Part shown: positions 1 through 9,540 of the stretch, piece after piece | Numbering within the stretch: position 1 is the first letter of the stretch | Layout: each line of letters opens with the position of its first letter | The notes under the pieces: model-generated | What the model was told of the DNA's origin: nothing | The model's database searches: none | What the model saw: the letters and a program-made list of their open reading frames with translations, nothing else | Program-made: the position numbers and the translations under genes | Virus record (IMG/VR): IMGVR_UViG_3300034071_001628 | From: an uncultured virus (IMG/VR IMGVR_UViG_3300034071_001628) | Lineage: Duplodnaviria; Heunggongvirae; Uroviricota; Caudoviricetes | Direction: 5' to 3' (one strand) | DNA length: 64,000 nt

Positions 1-5
1 AACTT

Positions 6-377
6 ATGAACAAAGACTTAATCTTTTATACAAATGGTAAAGAAACGTCCCGTATTCCTTCTCCAACTCTTGAAAATCTTACTCTTGGAACCAAAACACC
101 AGAAACTAAACTTGAAATAGAAAAAACAATGGATTGCGAACCATACCCAGATGAGATGTTTGAGGAAGCAGAGCGTCGTGAGAAACTGAATGCTGGTTTC
201 AAACAAGATGCTGATGGTAATTGGTATCGTCCCACACTACAAGAACTCACCAGAAATGAGCGTATTGAACTTGCCGAAAAAGAGATTGCTTATATTGTAA
301 TGGGTGGGCAAGATGGACGAGAGTATGCTAACTCGATTGCTTTTATTCTTCAAGTGTTGGATAGTTTGAGAGAATGA
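6..377 (+). CDS. hypothetical phage protein
   Basis: 123-aa ORF in a tightly packed + strand run. Confidence 0.7.
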   Translation: MNKDLIFYTNGKETSRIPSPTLENLTLGTKTPETKLEIEKTMDCEPYPDEMFEEAERREKLNAGFKQDADGNWYRPTLQELTRNERIELAEKEIAYIVMGGQDGREYANSIAFILQVLDSLRE

Positions 378-550
378 ACCTTACATACAATATCAAACAA
401 TTCTGGTTGAGAAGATTGATGTGGAGGTGGGCATATCAAACTTGGACGGACCTTGTGAGTTATGATGGAACTGACCTTGAATGGGACTTTGAAGATTATC
501 ACAATATGTTTTGGGACTATCTGAACTATGGATACATTAGAGACTTATGA
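374..550 (+). CDS. hypothetical Trp-rich protein (58 aa, MNLTYNIKQFW...)
   Basis: Read by hand; ATGA overlaps with both neighbours. Confidence 0.6.
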   Translation: MNLTYNIKQFWLRRLMWRWAYQTWTDLVSYDGTDLEWDFEDYHNMFWDYLNYGYIRDL

Positions 551-741
551 CTAAACTAGTAAGGTGGGAAGAAAACCCAGACGAAATTGTACTGGAAGAG
601 GTGGAAATGTTTCACCTGGAAAGTATGAACGAACGGAGTCTATGGGTGGGCATTTACACACAAGACAAGAAGATTTACCACTTGAATATTCACGCAGATG
701 GTGATAAACTACGTTATTATTGGAGCGACGAAACGCCGTGA
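547..741 (+). CDS. hypothetical phage protein
   Basis: 64-aa ORF, coupled overlaps. Confidence 0.65.
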   Translation: MTKLVRWEENPDEIVLEEVEMFHLESMNERSLWVGIYTQDKKIYHLNIHADGDKLRYYWSDETP

Positions 742-1088
742 GATTTGAAAACCCAACAAAATGGGAAATCTTCCTTGATGGATTTCGTAATGTCCTGTAT
801 ATTCTTGACTGTTATGATGACGGTGATGAATGGGGATATGGTGAGTTCTGGGAGAGTTTGAGTATTGGTTGGTTTCAGGAATACATCTATCCTTATGATG
901 ACCCTTACAATATAACCATCAGTCCAGAACGTAGGTTGAGATTGGGACAAGAACCAGAAAGGATTATTGTATCCGCAGAAGCATATGATGAACTTGTGCG
1001 ACGAATCAATGAACCACAAGATCCTGCTGTGGTGGAAAGAATTAAAGAACTTATGAATCGTAAAGCACCATGGGATGATGAACAATGA
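738..1088 (+). CDS. hypothetical phage protein
   Basis: GTG start overlapping the upstream stop (GTGA). Confidence 0.65.
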   Translation: MRFENPTKWEIFLDGFRNVLYILDCYDDGDEWGYGEFWESLSIGWFQEYIYPYDDPYNITISPERRLRLGQEPERIIVSAEAYDELVRRINEPQDPAVVERIKELMNRKAPWDDEQ

Positions 1089-1366
1089 CTGAAATTGAAA
1101 AGCAATTAGAAAAAATCGCAGAAGAACTTGGTGGAAAGTTGGAACACTATATTTGTTCCGACCTTCATACCGAACACAAAAAGTATGTAATTACCTATGC
1201 TCAACAAAAACGACAAAGTACTTGAGGTTCGTTTGTATTCTCCGCACAAGTGTGACTTTATGTGTGAGCGTGAGGATGGAACACGTTATCTCTTTAGGAG
1301 ACTTGATGGGGATTCTTATTGGGAACTTATTAAAACCGATGCTGGTTGGGTGTATGGGGAACAGAT

Positions 1367-1534
1367 ATGTCTTTAACTGAAAAAGATAGGATATTCTATA
1401 ATGTCTGGTGCTGTGCATATCGTCGTCGATATGCTGCAAAACTCAAACAAGATTGGGAATTGTATGACCGCGAACATCAAACTTTGCTGATGTGCCTTAG
1501 AATAGCAAAGTGGAATAAATTTGACTCAGAATAA
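1367..1534 (+). CDS. hypothetical phage protein
   Basis: ORF MSLTEKDRIFY...; fits gene packing. Confidence 0.6.
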   Translation: MSLTEKDRIFYNVWCCAYRRRYAAKLKQDWELYDREHQTLLMCLRIAKWNKFDSE

Positions 1535-1549
1535 CCAAATCTTTATGCT

Positions 1550-1771
1550 ATGGCTGAACTGACTTTAATAGGACTTCTAAACTTTGTTGCCGCTGACTTT
1601 TGTACTTATCGTATGAAAGGCATAGATTCACTACGTTCCGTTTTACTTTCATATTCCAAAGCAAATGATAAGTTTGGTGGGTCAAATGTGCGAAGAGTTA
1701 TTAATCAATCTTCTATGATTGAAGTTACCGCTTTATCTATTGTTGCTACTAAATGCCCTAATTTATTGTAA
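1550..1771 (+). CDS. hypothetical phage protein
   Basis: 73-aa ORF. Confidence 0.55.
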   Translation: MAELTLIGLLNFVAADFCTYRMKGIDSLRSVLLSYSKANDKFGGSNVRRVINQSSMIEVTALSIVATKCPNLL

Positions 1772-1772
1772 A

Positions 1773-1943
1773 ATGAAAGTCACCGAACACAACCTAACCG
1801 ATTGGAACTTAAACGAAGAAGAACTCAACGCTCTCATTGTTCTCTCCAAAGAAAAGATGAAGTCTTGTGAAGACAAGATGTGTGAATTGTTTTATGGAAT
1901 GCTTGCTGGTAAATTGATTATTATGAAAAATGACCGAACTTAA
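1773..1943 (+). CDS. hypothetical phage protein
   Basis: ORF MKVTEHNL..., starts 1 nt after the upstream stop. Confidence 0.6.
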   Translation: MKVTEHNLTDWNLNEEELNALIVLSKEKMKSCEDKMCELFYGMLAGKLIIMKNDRT

Positions 1944-2127
1944 AGTATTCAAACAAACATCGGATGAACCTTACATTCGTCACGATTATAAGTTAGTGTT
2001 TGAAGATGGTAAAGAGTCTGTGTTTGATAACTATGAAGACGTTCAAGTCTTCTGGTTTCAACGTGGTGGAAACTTTTTAAGTCACATTGAAGTATTAGAT
2101 AAAAAGAAAAGCAAGGGGTTCAAATGA
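1930..2127 (+). CDS. hypothetical phage protein
   Basis: 65-aa ORF ending KSKGFK. Confidence 0.65.
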   Translation: MTELKVFKQTSDEPYIRHDYKLVFEDGKESVFDNYEDVQVFWFQRGGNFLSHIEVLDKKKSKGFK

Positions 2128-2318
2128 TTTCTATTTTTGATTTGATGCACGATGAGCGTCGTTATGGTTGGGTGGTTGATAATCGCTATCAATGGATCAA
2201 CATGCTTACTAAGATGCAAAAGAATAAACCACAAAGGTTTAAGGAATTTCAATATTCACAAGCAACCATTTATCATCACATAGATAGATTGAATCAGGAG
2301 CAAAACACCTACGACTAA
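2124..2318 (+). CDS. hypothetical phage protein
   Basis: 64-aa ORF, ATGA/TAATG coupling. Confidence 0.65.
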   Translation: MISIFDLMHDERRYGWVVDNRYQWINMLTKMQKNKPQRFKEFQYSQATIYHHIDRLNQEQNTYD

Positions 2319-2791
2319 TGAGCGAAGTAACTTTTAAGAAACACAGAGTATTCCGTGAGACTGAAGCAGTTGTCTTCTACGATATCTCTGTAGATGGTTC
2401 TAACGCACAAGACCTTGTGTGTCACACTGGGCCTGCAATCTCTCCACCCGATGATATTGTGGGAGCAAAACAATTTTATATTCACTATCATCAGATAGAT
2501 CACAATCGTGTTCTGTCTGGTCTTCGCACATTTGAACTGGTGAATCCTGAGTGGAGATATCCATACCATATCGTTCATCTCAATCGTTCTTCTGGTGCTC
2601 TTGTGATTCCTAAGATGACCTTCCATCGTTCATATTCAGGTGCTGATGGGTCTATCGTCATCAACCAAGCAATCCGTGATGACGAGTTTCACCCTGAGAC
2701 CGAATTTGTTCCTGTATCAGCAGCAAAGAACCCCGACCTTTATCACATTCTTGCCCACGAAAAACCAGTCATTCATACACTTGGTGAATGA
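2318..2791 (+). CDS. cupin-fold (RmlC-like) protein
   Basis: His pattern YIHYHQIDH...LVIPKMTFHRS typical of cupin barrels; near a nucleotide-sugar dehydratase. Confidence 0.5.
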   Translation: MSEVTFKKHRVFRETEAVVFYDISVDGSNAQDLVCHTGPAISPPDDIVGAKQFYIHYHQIDHNRVLSGLRTFELVNPEWRYPYHIVHLNRSSGALVIPKMTFHRSYSGADGSIVINQAIRDDEFHPETEFVPVSAAKNPDLYHILAHEKPVIHTLGE

Positions 2792-2794
2792 CTC

Positions 2795-2823
2795 TTGACT
2801 TCTAGTGAAGTCTGCCTTATACT
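2795..2823 (+). promoter_or_regulatory. sigma70-type promoter
   Basis: TTGACT-17 bp-TATACT. Confidence 0.7.
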
Positions 2824-2846
2824 GATTATGTTGAGCAACCTACCTG

Positions 2847-3020
2847 ATGGATTACGCTGAAGAATTTCCTTTTGATCAATTTCCTTGGAAGTTGGTGTAT
2901 AAAGACGGGAATGAAACTCGCAAGTGCTATTTTGAGTCTGAGAGTCATCGACAAAAGCACATTGATCGCTACAAACTGAAAAAGAAAGACATTAAATTAA
3001 GTTACAAATTTGAAGAGTGA
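2847..3020 (+). CDS. hypothetical phage protein (57 aa, MDYAEEFPFDQFPWKL...)
   Basis: Read by hand, directly downstream of the promoter. Confidence 0.65.
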   Translation: MDYAEEFPFDQFPWKLVYKDGNETRKCYFESESHRQKHIDRYKLKKKDIKLSYKFEE

Positions 3021-3022
3021 TT

Positions 3023-4051
3023 ATGACTAAAAGAGTTCTTATTACTGGTGGTGCAGGGTTCATTGCCCATCATATGATTGGGCAAATTCTTAGAGAAACT
3101 AATTGGGAAGTTGTCACCCTTGATAGACTGGATTATAGTGGAAACTTAAATCGTCTTCATGACTTGATGCTTTCTTTTGACGCTGAAACTCGCACACGTG
3201 TGAAAGTTGTTCATCATGATTTGAAGGCAGAACTTAATCCTCTTGTTCGTAGTGAAATTGGCTCTGTTGATTACATTCTCCATCTTGCTGCTGGGTCTCA
3301 TGTCGATCGTAGTATCGAGTATCCTATGGAGTTTGTCCTTGATAATGTAGTTGGAACTTGTAACATTCTAGAGTTTGCGCGAGCACAAAAGGGTAACCTT
3401 GAAAGGTTTGTGTATTTCAGCACAGATGAAGTATTTGGTCCTGCTCCAGATGGAATCAAATATAAAGAGAATGACCGATACAATTCAACCAATCCTTATA
3501 GTGCATCAAAAGCAGGTGGCGAAGAACTTGCCGTAGCATATGAGAACACCTATGGTCTTCCCATTTACATTACTCACACAATGAATGTGTTTGGTGAGCG
3601 TCAGCACCCAGAGAAATACATTCCAATGTGCATTAAGAAGATTAGGGATGGAGAAACAGTAACAATTCATAGTGACAAAACCTGCACAATTCCTGGGTCT
3701 CGTCACTACATACATGCAGAAGATGTCTCCTCTGCAATTCTATTTCTTTTAAATTATGAGGGTAAGTTCGAACCTACTTGGGGTGGTGCTAAATGCCCTA
3801 AGTTTAACATTGTTGGAGCGGAAGAACTCAACAACCTGGAGTTGGCACAAATCATTGCCGAAGCCCAAGGAAAAGAATTAAACTACGAATTAATTGACTT
3901 CCATTCTTCACGCCCTGGGCATGACTTGCGTTATGCTTTGGATGGTGATAAAATGAAAAATCTTGGATGGGTTCCTGCAAAATCTGTAAAAGAAAGAATT
4001 GCAGAGGTAACTCAATGGACTCTTAAAAACCAACGTTGGATTACACTATGA
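3023..4051 (+). CDS. NAD-dependent epimerase/dehydratase, dTDP-glucose 4,6-dehydratase-like
   Basis: TGGAGFI, HLAAGSHVDRS, STDEVFG, YSASK, RPGHDLRY motifs. Confidence 0.92.
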   Translation: MTKRVLITGGAGFIAHHMIGQILRETNWEVVTLDRLDYSGNLNRLHDLMLSFDAETRTRVKVVHHDLKAELNPLVRSEIGSVDYILHLAAGSHVDRSIEYPMEFVLDNVVGTCNILEFARAQKGNLERFVYFSTDEVFGPAPDGIKYKENDRYNSTNPYSASKAGGEELAVAYENTYGLPIYITHTMNVFGERQHPEKYIPMCIKKIRDGETVTIHSDKTCTIPGSRHYIHAEDVSSAILFLLNYEGKFEPTWGGAKCPKFNIVGAEELNNLELAQIIAEAQGKELNYELIDFHSSRPGHDLRYALDGDKMKNLGWVPAKSVKERIAEVTQWTLKNQRWITL

Positions 4052-4183
4052 CAACACGCACTTTCACTGACAAAAATGGAAACGAATGGAGTTGGGAAGA
4101 AACTCCAGAAGTGATTCAAGCACTTAAAGAAGTTCATAAGGACTATGATGGTCCTCTTTATGCCCCCCATCCTGAGTTGAAGA

Positions 4184-4390
4184 ATGGAAAAGAAACTAAT
4201 TGATGATGCCTTCTACATTGAACAAAAACGATATGGACTCTGGGATTCTACCGACAAAGATGGTAAAGGATTGGTCACATCTCTTACTGAAGACCAATGT
4301 ATATCAGCGACCCGTTTTATTCTTAAAGGACGGCAGGAAGGTTTCTCTACGTCCAGAACTTATGAAGGCGAAGTAGGTGGAAAACTCTGA
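4184..4390 (+). CDS. hypothetical phage protein
   Basis: 68-aa ORF ending VGGKL. Confidence 0.65.
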   Translation: MEKKLIDDAFYIEQKRYGLWDSTDKDGKGLVTSLTEDQCISATRFILKGRQEGFSTSRTYEGEVGGKL

Positions 4391-4537
4391 TTATCCTTAT
4401 CACGTATTAGATCCTACAACTCCTTGGTATGATTGGCTCTGTTATTGTGAAATCTGCCATCAACTAAAAGTTCCTGGTCAGCCACATTGGCAAAGATATA
4501 AAGCATTTAGTAATTATTTAAAATCTATAGGTGTATC

Positions 4538-4783
4538 ATGATAATTAGAAAATTTATTGATTGGTTTTTTTCTCCTTCCGTAAAACAAGAATTTTTTGAG
4601 GATTTTGACCTTTATGATAGGTTAGTTGAGTTGGAAGAGAAATATAATGCTCTGATTCTCGATGTAAAACGTCTTGAGGAAGAAAATGTAGAAACAACTA
4701 ACGAACTTTATCGTATGGAAAACTCCTTGGATGCCCGTATAGATATTATTGCCGAACGTTGTGGGATTAATTACGATGTATGA
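4538..4783 (+). CDS. hypothetical coiled-coil protein
   Basis: 81-aa ORF with heptad pattern. Confidence 0.65.
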   Translation: MIIRKFIDWFFSPSVKQEFFEDFDLYDRLVELEEKYNALILDVKRLEEENVETTNELYRMENSLDARIDIIAERCGINYDV

Positions 4784-4961
4784 TTTAGATTGTTTTGAAA
4801 AAGCACTCGCACACTTTGGAACCCGAGTAGATATTATTGTTGCCCTTGAAATTGGTGATAAAATTGGAAGTGAAGAAGCATATAAAATGATTAAGGAAGA
4901 ACTTAAGCAACTTAAAAAAATTCGTAAAAAGCATAAGGAAACTGACTGTGATGAGTGCTGA
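4776..4961 (+). CDS. hypothetical phage protein
   Basis: ORF MYDLDCFEKALAHFG... Confidence 0.65.
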   Translation: MYDLDCFEKALAHFGTRVDIIVALEIGDKIGSEEAYKMIKEELKQLKKIRKKHKETDCDEC

Positions 4962-5101
4962 TAGCCTTAAGATAACACAAAATGAAGATGGGTCATTCTC
5001 AATGGATTGGGACAAAGAAGACCCAAATTGGAAGTGGTTGAATGGCTTGACTTCTGCTGAAATTCAGGTTATTATGGAGCAAGCGATCCAAGATTTCCTC
5101 A

Positions 5102-5803
5102 ATGACTTCCAATCTTGATTACAAAAAGTATTCTCTTGAAAAACTTCAAGAGTGGGTGCATGATGCTTTAAGTTCTGGAGAAGCATCACCTCACGAAATT
5201 TATTCTGCGATTCGTGAAGCAGTTCGTGAAGATTATTACTATTACAAAGATCATGCTAGTCGTGCTTATGGTCTTCTAGAACTGTTGAGTGGTCATCGTC
5301 CAGTGAAGGATGAAAGTGTGGATGATGGTATGCGTCCTTGGGGTCATAGTGACCTAGAGTATGCCATTGTAAATAATAAAGAACCTCTGAGTTGTGATAA
5401 AGATGACCCATCACCAGAGTGTCAAAAATCTTGGAATGATTTCTGGGAAGAGAACTATTATCCAGAAGAACATAAAAAATCAAATACAAGTCTTCAAAAA
5501 GAAATAGAGGAAATTCGTAAAGAAGGTGGATATGAATGGACTCCAGGTGCAAAAGAAGATAAAGTAAAAAAGTGGGTTCTTCCAGTTGAAGAAGTCAGAG
5601 ATGAAGATACTGATGAATATATATACTGCGTATCATTTCCTGATGATTTGCTAGAAGCAGCAAATCTGAAAGAAGGTGATCAAGTAGAATGGGTGGATCA
5701 AGGTGATGGTTCTTATCTTATTAAAAAAGTACCAATGACTTATGATGAAATGGTTGCTTCTGGATGGACTATGACTGCTGATGGTTTCTGGATTAAGGAG
5801 TAA
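5102..5803 (+). CDS. multi-segment protein with C-terminal AbrB/MazE-like DNA-binding domain
   Basis: VSFPDDLLEAANLKEGDQVEW...GSYLIKK matches the swapped-hairpin AbrB pattern. Confidence 0.6.
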   Translation: MTSNLDYKKYSLEKLQEWVHDALSSGEASPHEIYSAIREAVREDYYYYKDHASRAYGLLELLSGHRPVKDESVDDGMRPWGHSDLEYAIVNNKEPLSCDKDDPSPECQKSWNDFWEENYYPEEHKKSNTSLQKEIEEIRKEGGYEWTPGAKEDKVKKWVLPVEEVRDEDTDEYIYCVSFPDDLLEAANLKEGDQVEWVDQGDGSYLIKKVPMTYDEMVASGWTMTADGFWIKE

Positions 5804-6054
5804 TGGCAGAACTTTGGTTATGGCAACTAAAAGCAATTGCTCCGATTATAGGGGGATTGTGTTTTTCTAATTTTATGGAAAAACAAGGTGACTTATGTAA
5901 CTTTAGACAACCACCCAATTATGTGTTAAAATACGATAAACAAGATCCAAAAGATGGTTGTTATAAAGACGGCATCTATTATCCCCGTTGTAAAGATTTA
6001 GAGAATCCAGATATTCTTTATTATCATAATTTATTTAAAAGTGAGGTTAAGTAA
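5803..6054 (+). CDS. hypothetical Cys-containing protein
   Basis: 83-aa ORF, TAATG coupling. Confidence 0.6.
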   Translation: MAELWLWQLKAIAPIIGGLCFSNFMEKQGDLCNFRQPPNYVLKYDKQDPKDGCYKDGIYYPRCKDLENPDILYYHNLFKSEVK

Positions 6055-6284
6055 TGGCATTATCACAATCAGTTGAAGAATCCCTAAAGGAAGCAGAAGG
6101 AGCACTGCGTAATGCTCTAGCATACGCTGCACGTCAAGAACGTCCTATGGTTTGTACTGTAATTGCAGATATGATTTCTCGCATTGAGTCACTGCAAACA
6201 ACTGATAGTCTCCTAGATAAACTAGAAAACCGCAAACCAGGAGACTCTGGTTTTTTTGGAACTATTTTTGGGAAAGATGACTGA
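6054..6284 (+). CDS. hypothetical phage protein
   Basis: 76-aa helical ORF. Confidence 0.7.
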   Translation: MALSQSVEESLKEAEGALRNALAYAARQERPMVCTVIADMISRIESLQTTDSLLDKLENRKPGDSGFFGTIFGKDD

Positions 6285-6627
6285 AGAAAAGAAAAATTGG
6301 ATGCAAGAATGGTGGGATTCAGACGCCTACAAAAAACTTCAGAAAGAAACTGAAGAAGCAAAGCAACGTGCAGTAGGAAAGTATTTTATGCTTTCTGAGT
6401 CTGACAAGATTGATATGCTCCAAGCTATCTGCTATATTATGTGTAAAGCAGAAAGTGAAGGAACTAGTCATCGTGGTCTCCAAGATTCTCTGGGTGTTTA
6501 TCCTGCTGGTTTCTGGGTGTCTGAACTTATGGACGTTCATAATGCTCTGTGGTCTTATTATCACGACCAAAAAAGAGAAAAAGAACTCAAGTCTGACCTT
6601 GACGCTCTTGACGATTTCATTAAGTAA
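6277..6627 (+). CDS. hypothetical phage protein
   Basis: ORF MTEEKKNW... Confidence 0.65.
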   Translation: MTEEKKNWMQEWWDSDAYKKLQKETEEAKQRAVGKYFMLSESDKIDMLQAICYIMCKAESEGTSHRGLQDSLGVYPAGFWVSELMDVHNALWSYYHDQKREKELKSDLDALDDFIK

Positions 6628-6711
6628 TGTAACCCGATCCCGAAGAAAACATTAAGTTTCTAGATAGTAATGTATTGAAATGCTAATATTGAGTAACATC
6701 GCAAGAAACTT

Positions 6712-6918
6712 ATGACTCTCGCAAAAACTGGAACCGAAGTTCTTACAAAAGAAGAATGGGACGAACTTGTTGCACTAAAAGATGCAATTACCTATGCTCC
6801 GCAAACAGTTTCTGCAGAAAAGATGGAAAAATTCACCGAACTTATGGTTCGTTCGCTTGAAGGAAAATGTGACCCTCCTGCTCCTAAGAATTGGAGAGGT
6901 TCTACTTTAAGTGAATGA
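6712..6918 (+). CDS. hypothetical phage protein
   Basis: 68-aa ORF. Confidence 0.65.
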   Translation: MTLAKTGTEVLTKEEWDELVALKDAITYAPQTVSAEKMEKFTELMVRSLEGKCDPPAPKNWRGSTLSE

Positions 6919-6949
6919 TAAAATAAATATATCATCACGCTACAAAACT

Positions 6950-7162
6950 ATGGATAACATCGACCAACACATTCAAAAGGATGTGGATCTTTTGAATGAC
7001 CCAACAATTTCTCCGCAGTCCAGAAGACACACAGAAGAAGAATTAGAAGCACTTAAAGTTTATAAAGAACATCATCCAGAAGACTCACACGATCCTACAG
7101 CATTGGAACTCTATTGCGAACTACATCCTGATGCATTGGAATGTAGAGTTTATGATGATTGA
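6950..7162 (+). CDS. cp12: CP12 Calvin-cycle inhibitor (cyanophage type)
   Basis: C-terminal LELYCELHPDALECRVYDD; upstream ATAAATA late-promoter-like box at 6923-6929. Confidence 0.93.
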   Translation: MDNIDQHIQKDVDLLNDPTISPQSRRHTEEELEALKVYKEHHPEDSHDPTALELYCELHPDALECRVYDD

Positions 7163-7167
7163 ATATT

Positions 7168-7192
7168 AGAGGGTTGACAACCCTCTTTTTTT
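7168..7192 (+). terminator. intrinsic terminator after cp12
   Basis: AGAGGGTT-gac-AACCCTCT followed by a T run. Confidence 0.8.
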
Positions 7193-7202
7193 ATGTTATA
7201 CT
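7174..7202 (+). promoter_or_regulatory. sigma70 promoter with extended -10, overlapping the terminator
   Basis: TTGACA-17 bp-TATACT with TGn. Confidence 0.8.
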
Positions 7203-7263
7203 AAATATCACTGACCGCAATTTGTCGTAAAACTACGAATCCCTTCCTTTATGGAGTCTTTAA

Positions 7264-8187
7264 ATGAAGAACTATGTTCCTTTAGTGCAGCTTGCACATA
7301 AATTCAAATCGAAAGCAAAAAAGTTTCGTCCTGGTAGTATTAACGAGTTTCTAGTGTATAAAGAGCTAGAAGTCTATAAGTTAATAGTTCCCGAAAGCTA
7401 TCAAAGAGACCTTTCTTGTGGTGATATTAATACATATGGTCAATTCAACAAGTGGTATTTTGTTCCACTAATTGTTGCCGTTCGTCCTGATGGTAGAATC
7501 GTCGTGATTGACGGGCAGCACAAAGCAGTTATGGCACTGTGGAGTGGTTGTATTGATAAAGTTCCTTGTATGGTGCTTGAACACACCAAAAATAGAAGTG
7601 ATGAAGACTGCGAAAAGATTGAAGCAGAAATCTTTCACGCTCAAAATGCAAAACGTAAAAATCCCACTCACATTGACAAAATGAGAGCAGGGTATGTGTT
7701 TGGTCTGCCAGAGGCAATTGTATATAATGACAATCTCAGTGCCTGTGGCGTTTATGTTGATAGTCTTGGTGATGTTGAAGGACATCAATTAAATGGTGAA
7801 TATCAGTGGAGACAAGCAGTAAAGAATTACGAACTTGTAACCGTTATGAGAGCAGTTTCTTATGCAAAAGACTACTTTGATAAAGTTTCAGGCAAACGTG
7901 AAGTTCGTGGTGATATCGTGTATGGACTATCTTGCTTGATTAGATTTCTTGATAATGCAAGTGAAGTCATCAACGGAAGGAGAGAAAAAGTTCTGAATTT
8001 TGTTTGCTTTGAAATGTCTAAGTCCAAACCAAAAGTTTGGTATGAAGGAATCTCTGGACCAAATACTGATGTTTTGATTGCCAGAAGAATCATTAAGAGT
8101 TATAATGCTCTTTCTACAACTGCAAACAGTCAGTGTATCTCTGAAGACATTCTTGAAAAATACGGATTGAAAGACCCTATTAAATGA
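7264..8187 (+). CDS. ParB-N/DGQHR-like domain protein
   Basis: PESYQRDL...PLIVAVRPDG...VIDGQHK...EAEIF motifs. Confidence 0.7.
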   Translation: MKNYVPLVQLAHKFKSKAKKFRPGSINEFLVYKELEVYKLIVPESYQRDLSCGDINTYGQFNKWYFVPLIVAVRPDGRIVVIDGQHKAVMALWSGCIDKVPCMVLEHTKNRSDEDCEKIEAEIFHAQNAKRKNPTHIDKMRAGYVFGLPEAIVYNDNLSACGVYVDSLGDVEGHQLNGEYQWRQAVKNYELVTVMRAVSYAKDYFDKVSGKREVRGDIVYGLSCLIRFLDNASEVINGRREKVLNFVCFEMSKSKPKVWYEGISGPNTDVLIARRIIKSYNALSTTANSQCISEDILEKYGLKDPIK

Positions 8188-9011
8188 ACAAAACTTTCTT
8201 GAAGTGGGCAGGAAACAAAACACGGGTCCTGCCCCATCTTATTCCCCATATTGGATATCCAAAGCGTTATTGCGAACCCTTTGGTGGTAGTCTTGCTGTT
8301 GCCCTTAACACACCAGCAGAGCAATACATTTTGAATGATGTGAATAAAGATTTGGTGGCAATCTACCAGAATTTGGTTCATCCTGGGGATGATAACTTCA
8401 TCAAATATTGCGAAGAGTTATTCATTCCAGAAAATAATACTAAGGAAGCATATCTAGAGTTGCGGAAGCACTTTAACCAGGCAACAAACACTATAGAGAG
8501 GGCACGACTGTTCATTTACCTGAACCGTCACTGCTTCAATGGACTGTCGAGATATAATAAGAAAGGTGAATTTAATGTTCCCTTTGGTAAGTATGATAAA
8601 CCATCTTGCCCATCGGAAGAGATGATGAACTTTAGAATGTTCTTCCTCACTAAAAAACTTACACGATTCACTTCATTATCTTTTGAAGATCCGTCACTTT
8701 ATGAGGACTTAGAAGCAGGTGATACTGTATATTTTGACCCACCATACATTCCAGCTTCGGAAACTGCATCCTTTACAGATTATGCCACGGATGGATTTAC
8801 TGATGCACAGCAAGTTGAGTTGAGAGATTTGGCAGAACAACTTGCAAACAAAGGAATTACCGTCATTATTTCTAATCACGATGTTCCTGTTGCAAGAGAA
8901 CTTTATAATAATGCTAAAATCTATCCAATTCAGGTGACTAGGACCATTTCTGCCAAGGGTTCTAGTAGGAAGAAAGCAAATGAACTAATTGCTGTTTGGA
9001 ATAATAAATAG
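8184..9011 (+). CDS. dam: DNA adenine methyltransferase, Dam (D12) family
   Basis: LKWAGNK, EPFGGS, FNGLSRYN..GEFNVPFG, DPPY. Confidence 0.93.
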   Translation: MNKTFLKWAGNKTRVLPHLIPHIGYPKRYCEPFGGSLAVALNTPAEQYILNDVNKDLVAIYQNLVHPGDDNFIKYCEELFIPENNTKEAYLELRKHFNQATNTIERARLFIYLNRHCFNGLSRYNKKGEFNVPFGKYDKPSCPSEEMMNFRMFFLTKKLTRFTSLSFEDPSLYEDLEAGDTVYFDPPYIPASETASFTDYATDGFTDAQQVELRDLAEQLANKGITVIISNHDVPVARELYNNAKIYPIQVTRTISAKGSSRKKANELIAVWNNK

Positions 9012-9026
9012 TCAAAAAGTAGGACG

Positions 9027-9518
9027 ATGGGAAGATTTTCTGATCTTGTTTCTTCTGAATCTCAAAAACAACCAGAGAGTGTAGTTCAACCAGAACCAGA
9101 AGTTGTATGTGCTCCTGTTGAAGAAAAGACAGAAGATGTTCCACATGTTGATGTTTATGAAGAAATTCAGAAACAATCATCAATTGTAGAAGAAGATTTA
9201 CCTGCAACTCCTGAAGAAGCAATTGAAAAGAATCTTCTCTTCAGTAAAAAGACATATTTAAAACAATTTGAACCAGATCCAGAACCACCTAAGGAGCTTA
9301 ATCCTGGTCAAACATTGTTCCGCCACAAACTTTTAAAACAACCAAAAAAGACCAAGAAATTTACTTCTAGTCCATCTATTAGAGCAACAAAAGATCCTGA
9401 ACAACCTTTTGTTCCAGTCGAATACACTAAGCCAAAAACCTTGAGAAGTTCCAAGGTTGATGTGCCAGTTGAGGAAGTGGTACAAGAAGATATCCAAGAG
9501 ACAGAAAAAGACGTATAA
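9027..9518 (+). CDS. hypothetical acidic, Pro-rich protein
   Basis: 163-aa low-complexity ORF. Confidence 0.65.
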   Translation: MGRFSDLVSSESQKQPESVVQPEPEVVCAPVEEKTEDVPHVDVYEEIQKQSSIVEEDLPATPEEAIEKNLLFSKKTYLKQFEPDPEPPKELNPGQTLFRHKLLKQPKKTKKFTSSPSIRATKDPEQPFVPVEYTKPKTLRSSKVDVPVEEVVQEDIQETEKDV

Positions 9519-9519
9519 T
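9461..9519 (+). promoter_or_regulatory. dyad-type early promoter, first of about 20 copies
   Basis: TGTGCCAGTTGAGGAAGTGGTACA-29 bp-TATAAT. Confidence 0.8.
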
Positions 9520-9540
9520 ACTAATAGTTTAATCAATTTG

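Noticed and set aside
2791..3023. wcaG-type RNA motif upstream of the epimerase/dehydratase
   Set aside because: The interval is filled by a promoter and a 57-aa ORF; no convincing stems.
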